A stretch of DNA of 64,000 nt, from assembly GCF_009914755.1 (NCBI RefSeq), contig NC_060926.1. One strand, 5' to 3'. Source of the DNA: the human T2T-CHM13v2.0 reference genome, Homo sapiens. Both the position numbers and the translations under genes were made by a program. The notes under the pieces were generated by a model that saw only the letters and a program-made list of their open reading frames with translations, had not been told where the DNA came from and did not search any database. This document shows, in pieces, positions 49,804 through 62,460 of this stretch. Positions within the stretch are counted from its first letter, which is position 1. Each line of letters starts with the position of its first letter.

Positions 49804-51604
49804 GGTGGCATCCTTCTAATGATAGACTGATTGACCAGTCTAAAAAGAAAAAAGCATGCTCTCATTTATTAATATCTAATATTATATAGTTTGAGGTGGT
49901 ATATTTAAGCTCTTTGGACAATAGTTAACCTAATCTAATTTTATCCTTCAAAATCATCTGAACAAAGCCTACCTATGCCCATCTCCATTTCCCTGGCAGC
50001 TCCCCCATTCTTTGGGATGTCTCAAAGTTACTAATATTGATTTTGCACACTTGCCCTCAAGTTGTTTCAGAACCCTGGAGTGTAATTTGTCTAAGCTTGA
50101 AAAGTTGAATTCACTTGAAGTGACTTCATGCTGTTTTCCTACTATCTTACACCTTAGATGGGGGCTTTGAGTCTTTCTTTTTGATTCTTGTTCTACCATT
50201 TTCAGAGAGAAAATTAAATCTAAGCAAAACAGGAATTGATAAGTATAGCTGCCTTCCTGTCACCCTTTATTATTATGTCATATGGCCTGACCACTGGTTT
50301 TGTAACATTCTTGTTTGTCTTCTTATTCCAAACAACCTTCTTATAATCTTTATCATTTTTTTTTCTTTCTTCTTGCATGCCTCAGCATTCTGGAATTTAG
50401 CCTTTCTGATACTGTGTTTTGTAAGTTCCTACCAACTTGGCAGCATACTCCTGGTGAGGTGAAGCTCCTCAACATTACTACGTCTTACCAAAATCATGGT
50501 TTTGTATCTAGACTTAGAAATAGATTATCTGAATTCTCCATCTAGCTGGTGGTTTATAGTATGTGTACTTCCACAAGACTACCATTACTGTTTTCCTTTC
50601 TTAATCTCCACTTTTTCTTTCCTTCTTTGTGTTTGATTTTTACATAGATAAATATATTCTGAACATACAGTTTACTTATTATTCATCACTATGAATTGAT
50701 AAATAAGCATGTGACTTTCTTTTCCTCGTTGCTTTCACTTGGGATAACCTGGTGACATTTCCCAATATAATTCTTCTAAGTCATACCTGTAGGCCTTTTT
50801 ATTAATATTCCCATTTACTCTCAATCAATTCAGCTAGTTTTTTGTCAAACATGTTCTGCTCCCTTTTCAGGAGGTGAATGATATCTCTTATTAGGAGTTT
50901 TTCAATCTGCCAGCTTAAGCTATAGATAGACAACAATATTATGGGGTTTAGAGCAAGTTGCACTTAAGACATTGATGAGGGACCTTAAGATCTGGTCACA
51001 TTGGATCCCCTCACTCATTTCTGATAAAGAAAATAAAGTAGATCTGATACTGCTAAATGAACAAGGAAGTGGAATTGTCTGTAAGAGTCTTTGAGGACAT
51101 GGATGGGTCAGGAAAAGTCAAGGAAATCACTAGGCGATGGCCAGGTAGGGAAGTGAGCCATGGACAGGGCTGGAGAATATAAGAGGGAGAAAAAAGTGAG
51201 CCTCCATTCCAAGTGATGGTGATGGTGTGAAGCAGTTGTGGTGGTGGACTTGCTTGTGACAGGTGGTGAACTTGTGTGAAATGAAAATAGAAGATCAAGC
51301 TGATGCTTGGAAACTGGGTAGGAGGTTTATTGGGGTATTCTGCCAAGGGCTTTGTAACTTGCCACCCAGCTGCTGTCTTTGAGTAGAAAGTCCTCTAGTG
51401 GTGAGCCAGTGAGAGGGGCTAAGAGCCATGTCCCCCTTCCCATTCCACTCTGTGTTCTACATCAGAATTTCAGGTCCAGAGCAGTTTTTACAACAAACGA
51501 ATTCTATTTTTCTTGGCACTATCCACAGTCTCTGTTTACCCTTCTTTCTTTTCTAATCCATTTGCTTATTATAATTATTATTACAACAGAAGCATAACCA
51601 TTAA

Positions 51605-51800
51605 CAACAATAATAGCTAGCACTTTATGAGCTTTCATTATATGCCGAATATAAGTATTAACTCATTTAATTCACACAACATCCCTGGGAGGTGAGTATT
51701 ATTATTTCTATTTCACAAATGATGAAACCAAGGCTTAGAGAGGTTGGGTAACTTGCCTAAGGTCACACAGCTAGTAAGCCGTGTCTTCAAAGCCATGCTC
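51605..51800 (-). mobile_element. MIR
   Basis: aataatagctagcactttatgagc...gaggttgggtaacttgcctaaggtcacacagctagtaag. Confidence 0.8.
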
Positions 51801-51802
51801 TC

Positions 51803-52092
51803 TTTTTTTTGAGACAGAATCTCACTCTGTCACCTAGGCTGGAGTGCAATGACACAATCTCAGTTCACTGCAACATCCATCTCCTGGGTTCAAGCAATTC
51901 TTCTGCCTCAGCCTCCCGAGTAGCTAGGATTACAGATGCCTGCCACCACACCCAGCTAATTCTTGTATTTTTAGTAGAGACGGGGTTTCAACATGTTGGC
52001 CAGGCTGGTCTCAAACTCCTGACCTCAAGTAATCTGCCCGCCTGGGTCTTCCAAGGTGCTGGGATTACAGGCGTGAGCCACAGTGCCCGGCC
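51803..52092 (-). mobile_element. AluS
   Basis: Full dimer. Confidence 0.93.
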
Positions 52093-52699
52093 CAAAGCAG
52101 TGCTCCTAATATCATATTCCCATCTGCCTCCCCTGCTCAAGAGGACCTTACTCTCTCAGTACTGGTGGTATTTGTGGTAAGATATGGAGAAAATGATAAC
52201 TAAGTATGTATTTCACAATATGTAAAGGTTTTTTCTTTTTTAACAGACATTACATTATTTGATCTAACCAACTCCTATGCCATAACTAGTGTTATTCCTA
52301 TTTTATGGAAGAGAAAAATAAGGCCGAGAGATTAAATTAAAACTTACAAGGTTTACTTTTATTGAATTAATTTTTAAATTATTGTTATAAAAATAATCCT
52401 ACAATCCCACAACTTAGAGGTATCTACTCTTATCTCTTCGGGATGTATTTCCCATAGGTGTATATACAAATTTTTGTTTCTTTCTTAAAAAAAGGATTAT
52501 ACTACCTGTACTGTTTTATAACCTGACTTTTTTTACTTCAAAATGTACTATGAATATTTTCAGTGTGATTAAATTTTCTTCTACAATATTATTTTAATAG
52601 TATTATTGTTTTGCCTTATGTAGATATTACCATTTGTGCTCCTGACACAGTAAAACAGTAAAGATGATAATATCAAGGGAGAGTATAGTCATTAGTTTC

Positions 52700-53346
52700 T
52701 TTTTTTTTATTATTATCCCCCATACTTTAAGTTCTAGGGTACATGTGCACAACGTGCAGGTTTGTTACATATGTATACATGTGCCATGTTGGTTTGCTGC
52801 ACCCATTAACTCATCATTTACGTTAGGTATATCTCCTAATGCTATCCCTCCCCCTTCCCCCCACCCCATGACAGGCCCTGGTGTGTGATGTTCCCCACCC
52901 TGTGTCCAAGTGTTCTCATTGTTCAGTTCCCACCTATGAGTGAGAACATGCGGTGTTTGGTTTTCTGTCTTTGGCGATAGTTTGCTCAGAATGATGGTTT
53001 CCAGCTTCATCCATGTCCCTACAAAGGACACGAACTCATCCTTTTTTTATGGCTGCATAGTATTCCGTGGTGTATATGTGCCACATTTTCTTAATCCAGT
53101 CTGTCATTGATGGACATTTGGGTTGGTTCCAAGTCTTTGCTATTGTGAATAGTGCCGCAATGAACATACATGTGCATATGTCTTTATAGCCGCATGATTT
53201 ATAATCCTTTGGGTATATACCCAGTAATGGGATGGCTGGGTCAAATGGTATTTCTAGTTCTAGATCCTTGAGGAATCGCCAAACTGTCTTCCACAATGAT
53301 TGAACTAGTTTACAGTCCCACCAATAGTGTAAAAGTGTTCCTATTT
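52700..53346 (-). mobile_element. L1PA (PA4-6-like), 5'-truncated
   Basis: ORF2 C-terminus [28 protein letters not shown] plus 3'UTR; TSD agtcattagtttc. Confidence 0.95.
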
Positions 53347-53357
53347 AGAGTCATTAG

Positions 53358-53706
<349 letters not shown>

Positions 53707-53768
53707 TAGAACTTTTCTCAGAGTGAATAAAGGCCTGCATTGCTATTATTTGCCAAGCTGATAACACA

Positions 53769-54071
53769 TTTTGTTTGTTTGTTTGTTTGTTTTTAGGCAG
53801 AGTTTTGCTCTTGTCACCCAGGAAGCTGGAGTGCAGTGTGGCACGATCTCAGCTCAGTCTCCCAGGTTCAAGCGATTCTCTCCTGCCTCAGCCTCCCGAG
53901 TAGCTGAGATTACAAGCATGTGCCACCATGCCCAGCTAATTTTATATTTTTAATAGAGATGGGGTTTTACCATGTTGGCCAGGCTGGTCTTGAACTTCTG
54001 ACCTCAGGTGATCCACCTGCTTTGGCCCCCCAAAGAACTGGGATTACAGGCGTGAGCTACCACACCCGGCC
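53769..54071 (-). mobile_element. AluS with (TTTG)n tail
   Basis: TSD caagctgataacac. Confidence 0.92.
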
Positions 54072-54796
54072 CAAGCTGATAACACTTTAAACCTTGGTTG
54101 GACTTGGTAGTGTCATTACATATATGCAGGTATCCACTCTTGTCTGTAAGTGAATTTCATGAACTAAGCCACCCTGTTAGGGTTGTGCAAGATGAAACCA
54201 TAGTCCAAAGAGATTTCCAGGGCTATCCACTGTTTCCTCACTTGGTCTGCCTGGCGTTGCTGTCATGTGTATTCGTGTCCTAATTTTTTTCTACTGGGTT
54301 GAGGGTTCTTCGGAGAAGGCATCTTTCTCATCTTTGTCTCTCACATTTCCTAGCATAGTGCTGGCCAAAGGGACCCCCCAAGTGGTTTAACTTTATATTC
54401 ACTTAACTATGGCAAGGGTGGCTTGATGGCAACACCTTCAAACATTTTTATCCATATACATTTGATCTATAAATTGGATCAAGAATGCTCAGAAAAAGAA
54501 ATAAACATTAAAAAAATAATAAAGTAGGCAATGTGGTGTCCTGGAAAGAACACTGAATTGCAGCAAGAAGATGTAGCTGTAAAGCTTTGGCACTAACTTC
54601 TGGAGAGAACTTGGTAAAGTCACTTGACTTCTCTGGTTCTCCATCTCTCCTTTTGAAAAATGAAGGAGAGATGAGATACTTTTTTAGATCCTTCCCATTA
54701 GTGATGTGTGAGGATTACGTAATTTAATATTGCCAGAGTTTGTGCTTACTTTACAAAAAGCAAGAAAAAACTTCAGGAATAAACAGATTCTAAAGC

Positions 54797-54991
54797 AGTT
54801 CTTCTAAAATTTGGCTACACATTGGAAGCACATAGTGAGCTACAAAACAAAACAAAACAAAAAAACGATGCCTGGATCCTACTCAGAGAATCGGATCTAA
54901 GTAACCTGGAGAGTGGTCTGAGTCTGGAATTAAAAAAACAAAAAAAAAAACAAAACTCCCCAGGTGATTTTATGTGGAGCCAAAACCACTG
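54797..54991. mobile_element. MER5A (hAT-Charlie MITE)
   Basis: cagttcttctaaaatttggctacacattggaa ... ctccccaggtgattttatg...aaccactg. Confidence 0.75.
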
Positions 54992-56497
54992 TTTTAAAAG
55001 TTTTCCCCATTGTCTTATTCACAAGTGATCAATTACTGGGCAGGGCACAGGTATTACTATTTTGACCCTAAAAATAAATAGGAAGGCTGACTGTTCTAAA
55101 GTTGATGATGCTATTTCAGATCTTTTCACACAGATGTCACTTGCCCTACAATATTGTTTTGTCATGCCACAACATGTGTTTGTGTAACCGCACATGCATG
55201 TGTACGTGGCTTGTAAATCTGTGGGGTAAATTAGATGGCGCTAAAAAGTAATTGAGGATTACAAATTATCTCTACCGGCTGTTGAATATTTTATGTCAAT
55301 TAAACATTTGTAAAAACCAAGTATAGTATTATGATCTACTCATAACTATTAGAAGACTGGCACATCTCCATACAGCAAGAGCCATTGCTAAGGCTACTGT
55401 ACTACTCTGGCATGAATCATAATAAATTGGGATCCCCCTGGACATAATGAACAGTAATATAATTTTGTAGTTATCCTCCTAGCATGATGAAGCAGCAAGC
55501 CAAATTGAGTTTCTAGATAAATTTTGACATATGGGTCTTATTCCTAAAGAAAAAGAGCTATTGTTGCTTTGGCTTTGTTCCAGAATTCTGCAGAAATCCA
55601 CATGGTAGCTTATTGTTGTATTACAAAAAGGTACTACAAGTATTTTTTTATGAAAAAGAATAAATTGCTAAGTTCAATTAGTCCTTTGGGGCAGAATTTG
55701 GAATTTCTTTTCAGTCAGGCTGCTGGGTCGTATGTGAACTATTGTTTGACTCACACAGGGGCTGTCCTAAAGGCCTGTGAGCCATAAGGCCACCGTGGGG
55801 GCTTCTAGTTGATGGTGGAAGGATCAAGCAGCCCTCTTTGCCACAGCAGCAAAAAATGATGTTGACATCATTTAAAAAAAAAATTAGCCATAGGAAGGAG
55901 GTTAAGAAGTTGTGGCAGAATTGAAACAAATCTAGGCCTCTCAACTGACAAGCTGAGAACCCTGCTTGACATTTATGAGTGGATGCGTTTGAGGAATTAT
56001 GTAAGAATAGTAAGTTAAAGGATGCTTTTAATTTAAAAAATTAAGATAACCTGAAAACATACCTGTAAAAACATTTCAGTTGACACAGTCTCTTATGCTT
56101 ATAACAAGGATTACTGTTAATGTGTTTTTGCGGAGTTGGGCTCTGATCTGTAAATATTTCTCAGGGAGATAAGAGTCTATGGTTAAACAGTCGTAGTAGT
56201 AGTAGCAGAATTTGGGTGTCATTGTATAGCCAAATTCAGAAGCTTGGGGGAAAAGAATAGCTACCATAGGAACCAGTATTTCAGAAGCAAGTTCTGCTTG
56301 TGAGAGTTATCAGTTGACCAAGGGATTCCTGTGTAGGTTTGTAAAGAGTGTCAGATCTGGCATTCTCAGTATGGAATTACTGGCATGATGCAATGGAGGA
56401 ACAGGAATTTTTCTGCAGCTCTTTCAGTAGTATTGGTTTGGTGTTGGGTTATCCAAATAATGCTCAGATTGTCCTAATTAACATTAATTCATCCCCT

Positions 56498-56845
56498 CTG
56501 TTGGGCTCATGTGACATATGCAACCCGACCATCAGTCAGTGGCGTATTAAAATGCTCTCCACAGGACCACAGAGCAGTGGGTGATCTCTGCATGGACGTG
56601 ATCTTTGTTGAGCAGGAATACTCATATTTCTGCCCTAAGCACAGAGCAACCGGCTATCAACTGGGATAGAAAAATTATGTTCATTCAGGAGACTACTGAA
56701 ACATCTTGCTTCTCTCCCATGTCAATCCTTTGTAATAGAGTAAGGGAAAAGTACATACACTTTTGAGTAACAGTTTCCATACAAATGCTCTGATGAAAGT
56801 AGGGTCCCATTTGGAGGAAGCTCAGTTCAGGGCTCAGCTTGTTTT
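56498..56845 (+). repeat. Inverted duplication, arm A (probable donor)
   Basis: Reverse complement of 57446-57798, about 88-90% identity by eye. Confidence 0.95.
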
Positions 56846-57097
56846 CTGGAAGCAAAAGACTGCTATTAGACAGAGACAGACATGGGAAGGATGAGAATTG
56901 AAATAAGATAAAAAGAGAGGATTTTCCTTGTCAGGTTTCTTCTGCAGTTATGTCTTGTCCTGTCACGTCCTGCTAGCACAACTTTTGGCAGAATCCAAAA
57001 TTTGGGAGCCAAACTAGACATTAACAATGTTTCTTCAACAGCTCAGCCATAGAAGCTGATTTCAAAGTTAACAGTAACTGCTCTCTTTGGATCGAGA

Positions 57098-58000
57098 GTC
57101 ATTCATTCATTCAGCAGTTATTTATCGAGTGCTTACTTAGCACTGGGGAAACTGGTGAATGAGGTAAAATGCTACTCCTGTTCTTATTTACAAGTAAGTA
57201 CTGGGGACCAAGGTTAATTGTTTACTTGCAGTTATGATAAGGGTCGCTCTTAGAGCTTATAATAAGGAGCTCTAACTTTGCCAGGGGCCAGGGTGGGGGT
57301 GGGTGATCAAAGCATGCAACCTTGAGGAAGTAACAGTTGAGCATAAATCTGAAGGATGCACTGGAGAGCGAGATGAAGGAGTAGGGCAAAGTGTTCTAAA
57401 CAATGGGAAGAGCATAGGCAAAGTCCTGAAATGAGCAAAACGAGCAAAACAAGCTGAGCCTGAATTGAGCTTCCTCCAAATGGGACCCTACTTTCATCAG
57501 TGCATTTGCTTGGAAACTGTTACTCAAAAGTTTATGTGTGTTGTGTCTTTTGCCTTAGTCTATTACAAGAACTTACATAGGAGAGAAGCAAGATGTTTCC
57601 AGACCCTCCTGAATGAACATAATTTTTCAATCACAGTTGGTAGCTGTTGCTCTGAGCTTAGGGCAGAAATATGAGTATTCCTGCTCAGCAAACATCATGT
57701 CCATGCAGAGGTCACCCACAGCTCTGTGGTCCTGTGGAGAGCATTTTAATATGCCACTGACTGATGGCTGGACTGGATATGTCACATAAGCCTGACAGGT
57801 AGCAAGGAGATTGGTTTTAGAGGAACTGAAGGTCTAAAAAGGCCACCCTGGCTGAAGCAGGTCAGCATAACAGGAGAGGAAGGAGAAGGGGCCAGACTGT
57901 GGGTCCATGAGGGCACCTCATGGACATGGCAGGGGTTTTTGCCTTTATCCTAAAACCAATAGGAAGACATTGAAAGTACAAAGCTGGGGAAGTGACATGT
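57098..58000 (-). mobile_element. L2 interrupted by arm B
   Basis: cattcattcattcagc...gggaagagcataggcaaagtcctga [insert] agaggaactgaa...ggggccagac...tttatcctaaaaccaataggaagacattgaa. Confidence 0.8.
57446..57798 (-). repeat. Inverted duplication, arm B (inserted copy)
   Basis: See arm A; sits inside a collinear L2. Confidence 0.95.
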
Positions 58001-60924
58001 GCAGCCCCTGCTTACAGAGGGCACAAAAGACTAAGGTTAGAATAGGGTGTGGGTTCTGAGAGGCCCTGTGGAGGCTAGTGCGGAAGCCCAGACCACAGAA
58101 CAGGAACGAGGGAGATGGCAGTGGAAGAGAAGTGGAAGCATGCAAGCTACATTTCCAAGTTACAAGGGTCAAGTCTTGGCTTAGAAGCAATGGTGGTGGT
58201 TGAAATGTCAGTCTCTAGGGCAGTGTCAGAATTCCACCTGATGGCTCTGGCCATCACATCTCAGTTTCTGGATTGTTCGGGTTAATGCTAGACAGGTAGA
58301 GCCCCAAACTAAGTATGTGCTCTGAGAGACTCTGCCTCATGAATAAAAATCATGCTGTCCTGTGATTTTTATTCATGGAACAATTGTACCTAGAGACAAC
58401 TCAATAGGAAAACTATTAATAACTGGTGATAATATCATCTCACTTCTTCAAAATAAATGTTTTTCATTTTCAAAAGTTCTAAGTTCAGTTACTTGCAATA
58501 TTTCTGCTTACATGGTAAAGGTCTATAAATCAAGATGCAAATATCATCGGCTTCTTACAGGGTATTATACGAATGGCGATTTTCTAGGAGTTATTTCACT
58601 AAATTTGCATATGTAATCCAATGGAATATATTCATTGCAAATGATTCTGAAAATCATTTTCTTTTTTTATTTTAAAAATGAGTTTTTGTTTAATAACCTT
58701 ACATTCCCAATCTGTGTACTGTTACTATTGTCATTCTCCTTCAGTAGTGCTGTGAAATCTCTTCCAACTCTCAGATTCCATGATTTTCCTTTGTCCCTGC
58801 CTCTCTTATTATCTTTCATTGCATCTCTTCTCTCAGTGTCCTGTCTTTCTCTCTTTGTGGAGGTAGTAGCTGGCATGATAGATGGAAGTTAGAATGCTGA
58901 GGAAGGGTAGTTATCAAGGGAAGCTTGGGCCCTAGTCATCGCCAATCCTCTTTCCTCTATTTCCTCTGTGCATTAGCTTCAAGTGCAGTCATTACTCATT
59001 TAGTCCTCAAATAAAATGCTCTTTGTTGCAATGACAATTTTTTTCTAGTATAAGGCAAAATGGCATATCAGTCTGATGATGTGGATTTTATAGCAACCGG
59101 CAGATTTTATTTGTGTAAGGAGTTTTTATAGTTGTTGGTTACCTTTTTTTTAAGTTGCCATTTGGATCAAGGAGGATTTTATTTCTTAACTAGGATTATT
59201 CCTTTATCGGATATTAACTTAGCCTTTTTTCTCTAAATACCAAATTCATAGAGATGCTACATAGTTAATTTTTTTCTTTGTAACTAGATTATCCCCATAT
59301 CAGGTATTTCATAAAGCCAGGATAAATGTATTTAACAGAAAATATCCATCTTATAAGTAATGTTTCCCCCAAATACAATGAGGTCCATTTAAATGAATGT
59401 CTGAAATAAAAATAATCCTAATGATAGATCTAATGCACTTTGTATCAGACCCATTGAGTTTCTTTAAACTCTATTCAATAAATGCCTGATTAATAAATAA
59501 TCCTGTTAAATGAATAAAACCCCAGTGTGCCAAACGGAGACATACAAAGCAATCATGATCAGACTTGTTATGGGAGAATGATAGATGAATAAATCTACTG
59601 TGCAATTAATTTATGACTGAACTATGATGAAATCCCAGTGGCAATACTAAATCTGTTAGAGGAATAGATTTATCATCTTCTTTCAAACAATTACATTCCA
59701 GGAACTTTACAAAAATACTATTATCTGAATCTTATCATAATAGAGATATCTGTTCATTTACATGGGGAAGAATTCCTTCTGTGCCGTCAGAGCTAAATTA
59801 GTGTTTATTATTTTTGATGCTAACCAAAACAGAAACAATATAGGACAGAAACTACTAATGTGGTTAGCTATTCTTATCTGCTTCTGTTTCTTCAAACTTG
59901 ATTAAAATTGCCTAATTTTTAGACAGTTTTTTTGTTTGAATAATTTTACTTTTTAAAAGATGAAAAGCAAACGAATAAAAAACAGGTTATAGGCTATTTT
60001 GAAAGCAATCTGTGTTACTTCATAATGTGGTTACATGTAGGTTATGAAGGCACAAATTTGGGGACCATGTTTTAAGAAGATCATTGGGGATTGGTAGTAT
60101 TTCAGGTTATTGTTACATATTTTAGCTTCAAAAGACAGTCGACTGTATTTTAGTGCTGTCGTTCTTTTAGACAGGCACTTATTGATACCAAAAAACACCA
60201 CGAAAAGTAAAAAGGAAAACCCAAACCACAAGAAACATTTTGATTTAAAGGTTAGATAGTCTGAATTCATGAGAACTTAGATTCAGAGCATGGCAAGGTT
60301 AAAAGAAATTTTATTAGGATCAAGACACAAACCATGTTTAATGCAGTCTTTTTGTTTTGGGGGAACTAGAGCTGATATTTTAAATCTAGTCGTTTTTACC
60401 AATGTAAGGGAATTTAAGAGATAAAATTTGAATAGAAAGGTAAGATTTGTATAGTGATTACAAAGATGTGACCTTTAACAGAGGGTTTTGTTGTGTTTGT
60501 TTTCCACATAAAAGAATGAAGAATTTGTGAGGGTGAGGTAAAAGAGAAGGGGTCTCCTTAAAACTTGAGAGAAGGAAAGAATTTGTCCCATTGTAGCAAT
60601 ATTTGAAAACAGGTTTTATTAAGGTTTTAATATGTGTTGAAGTAAATAATTATGCAAATTGAACTAGAAACTTCTTAGTTTAAATCTAGTCTGCTATTTA
60701 CAGTGTTAGTAGCTGGACATCATACTTTTTTAAATTAATGTAATATTGATAAATAGCAATCCTGTGTATTCTCTTATTTCTCAGACTTAATAACAAAGAC
60801 TTTATAAATCCACATATGTAGTGGGTTTCAGTTGTTTGCACGTTATTCATGACCAATATTATGTACATAGCATTGTTCTAAGGCCTTCTTTGATCTGATC
60901 TTGGGTATAAAGAAACAAAAACAA

Positions 60925-61060
60925 GCCGGGTGAGGTGGCCTATGTTTGTAGTCCCGGGTGCCCTGGAGACTGAGGCAGGAGGATTGCATGAACTAGGGAG
61001 TTCGAGACCAGCCTGGTGGCAACACAGTGAGACCCTGTCTCTAAAAAATAAAAATTAAAA
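60925..61060 (+). mobile_element. FLAM monomer
   Basis: gccgggtgaggtggcc...gagaccctgtctctaaaaa. Confidence 0.82.
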
Positions 61061-61435
61061 ACTAAAAAAGAGACAAAACAAATAACAGTTATTACTTGCA
61101 GAGCTTATACTTGAGATGATATTAACATATGAAATAACAAATTCGAACACTGACACATCACTCATTTGTGAACTACCTTCATGAATTATTACCAAAAATC
61201 CTATTTTAAAATATTTTTTATCATGGTAAAACATATATAATCTTTTACGTATCTTAAGTATACAATTCAGTGGCACTAAGTATATTTATGTTGTTGTGCA
61301 ACCATCACCACCATCCATCTCTAGAACTTTTTCATCTCCCCAGACTGAGACTGTACCCATTAAGCAGTAATTCTACAATCTCCCCTTCTCCCAGTCCCTG
61401 GCAGCCACCATTCTACTTTTGTCTCTGTGAATTTC

Positions 61436-61578
61436 TTTTTTAAAAAATTTAATTCTTTTGTAGAGACAGGTTCTCCCTGTGTTGCCCAGGCTGGTCTTAA
61501 ACTCCTGGGCTCAAGCAATCTTCCCATCATGGCCTCCCAAAGTGCTGGGATTACAGGCGTGAGCTGCCATGCCTAGGC
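61436..61578 (-). mobile_element. FLAM_C/Alu left monomer in L1MB
   Basis: TSD tct(g/a)tgaatttc. Confidence 0.85.
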
Positions 61579-61794
61579 TCTATGAATTTCATATAAGACG
61601 AATCATACAGGGTTTGTCCTTTAGTGAATGACTTAATTCACTTGAGATAATGGCATCAAGATTCATCTGTGTTGTAACGTGTCAGAATTTCATTCCTTTT
61701 TGAGGCTGAATATTATTCTATTGCATGTATATATTAATACTATATTTTGTCAGTCCATTTATTCATTGATGGACATTTAGGTTATTTCCGTCTG

Positions 61795-62040
61795 TTGGCT
61801 GTTACGAGTAATGCTGCTGTGGACACAGGTGTACACATGTCTGTTGGAGTCCCTGCTTTAATTTTTTGGGGTCTATCTCTGGAAGTGGAATTGGCTGTTA
61901 TGAGTAATGCTGCTATGTTGGCTCTTATGAGTAATGCTGCTGTGTTGGCTGTTATGAGTAACGCTGCTATGGACACAGGTGTACACATGTCTACTGGAGT
62001 CCCTGCTTTAATTTTTTGGGGTCTATCTCTGGAAGTGGAA
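61795..62040. repeat. Compound tandem repeat A-B-A-A-A-B (A = 27 bp, B = 69 bp)
   Basis: A = ttggctgttatgagtaatgctgctatg; B = gacacaggtgtacac...ggaagtggaa. Confidence 0.93.
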
Positions 62041-62202
62041 TTGCTGGATCATATGGTAATTTTATGTTTCATTATTTTTAGGAACCACCATAGTGTTTTC
62101 CACGGTGGCTACATCGTTTTACATTCCCACCAGCAGAGCACAAGGGTTCCAATTGTATCTCTTGTGGTTTTTGATTTGCATTTCCCTAATGATTAGGAAT
62201 GT

Positions 62203-62460
62203 TAATCTTTTCATGTGCTGTTTGGCCGTCTATATCTTAGTAATAGTAATCTTTTCGTGTGCTGCTATTACTGTTAGTAATAGTAATCTTTTCATGTGCT
62301 GCTATTAGTAAAAGTAATCTTTTCATGTGCTGTTTGGCCGTCTATATCTTAGTAATAGTAATCTTTTCATGTGCTGCTATTACTGTTAGTAATAGTAATC
62401 TTTTCATATGCTGCTATTAGTAATAGTAATCTTTTCATGTGCTGTTTGGCCATCTGTATA
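62203..62460. repeat. Higher-order minisatellite (112 bp x2.3; sub-units 44/37/31 bp)
   Basis: Core taatcttttcatgtgctg at 62203, 62247, 62284, 62315, 62359, 62396, 62427. Confidence 0.93.

Larger units (their letters stand above)
48436..50600 (-). mobile_element. L3/CR1 remnant
   Basis: agaatcat...ttggaagggac terminus; minus-strand peptide LDKLHSRVLKQL resembles the CR1 ORF2 motif PDGIHPRVLKEL. Confidence 0.65.

Noticed and set aside
58859-58880. gaggtagtag, let-7-like word
   Set aside because: Match is only 10 nt; no let-7 3' sequence or precursor hairpin
62203-62460. CRISPR-like repeat-spacer appearance
   Set aside because: Spacers are related and themselves repeated, the core is L1-derived, the context is human and there are no cas genes
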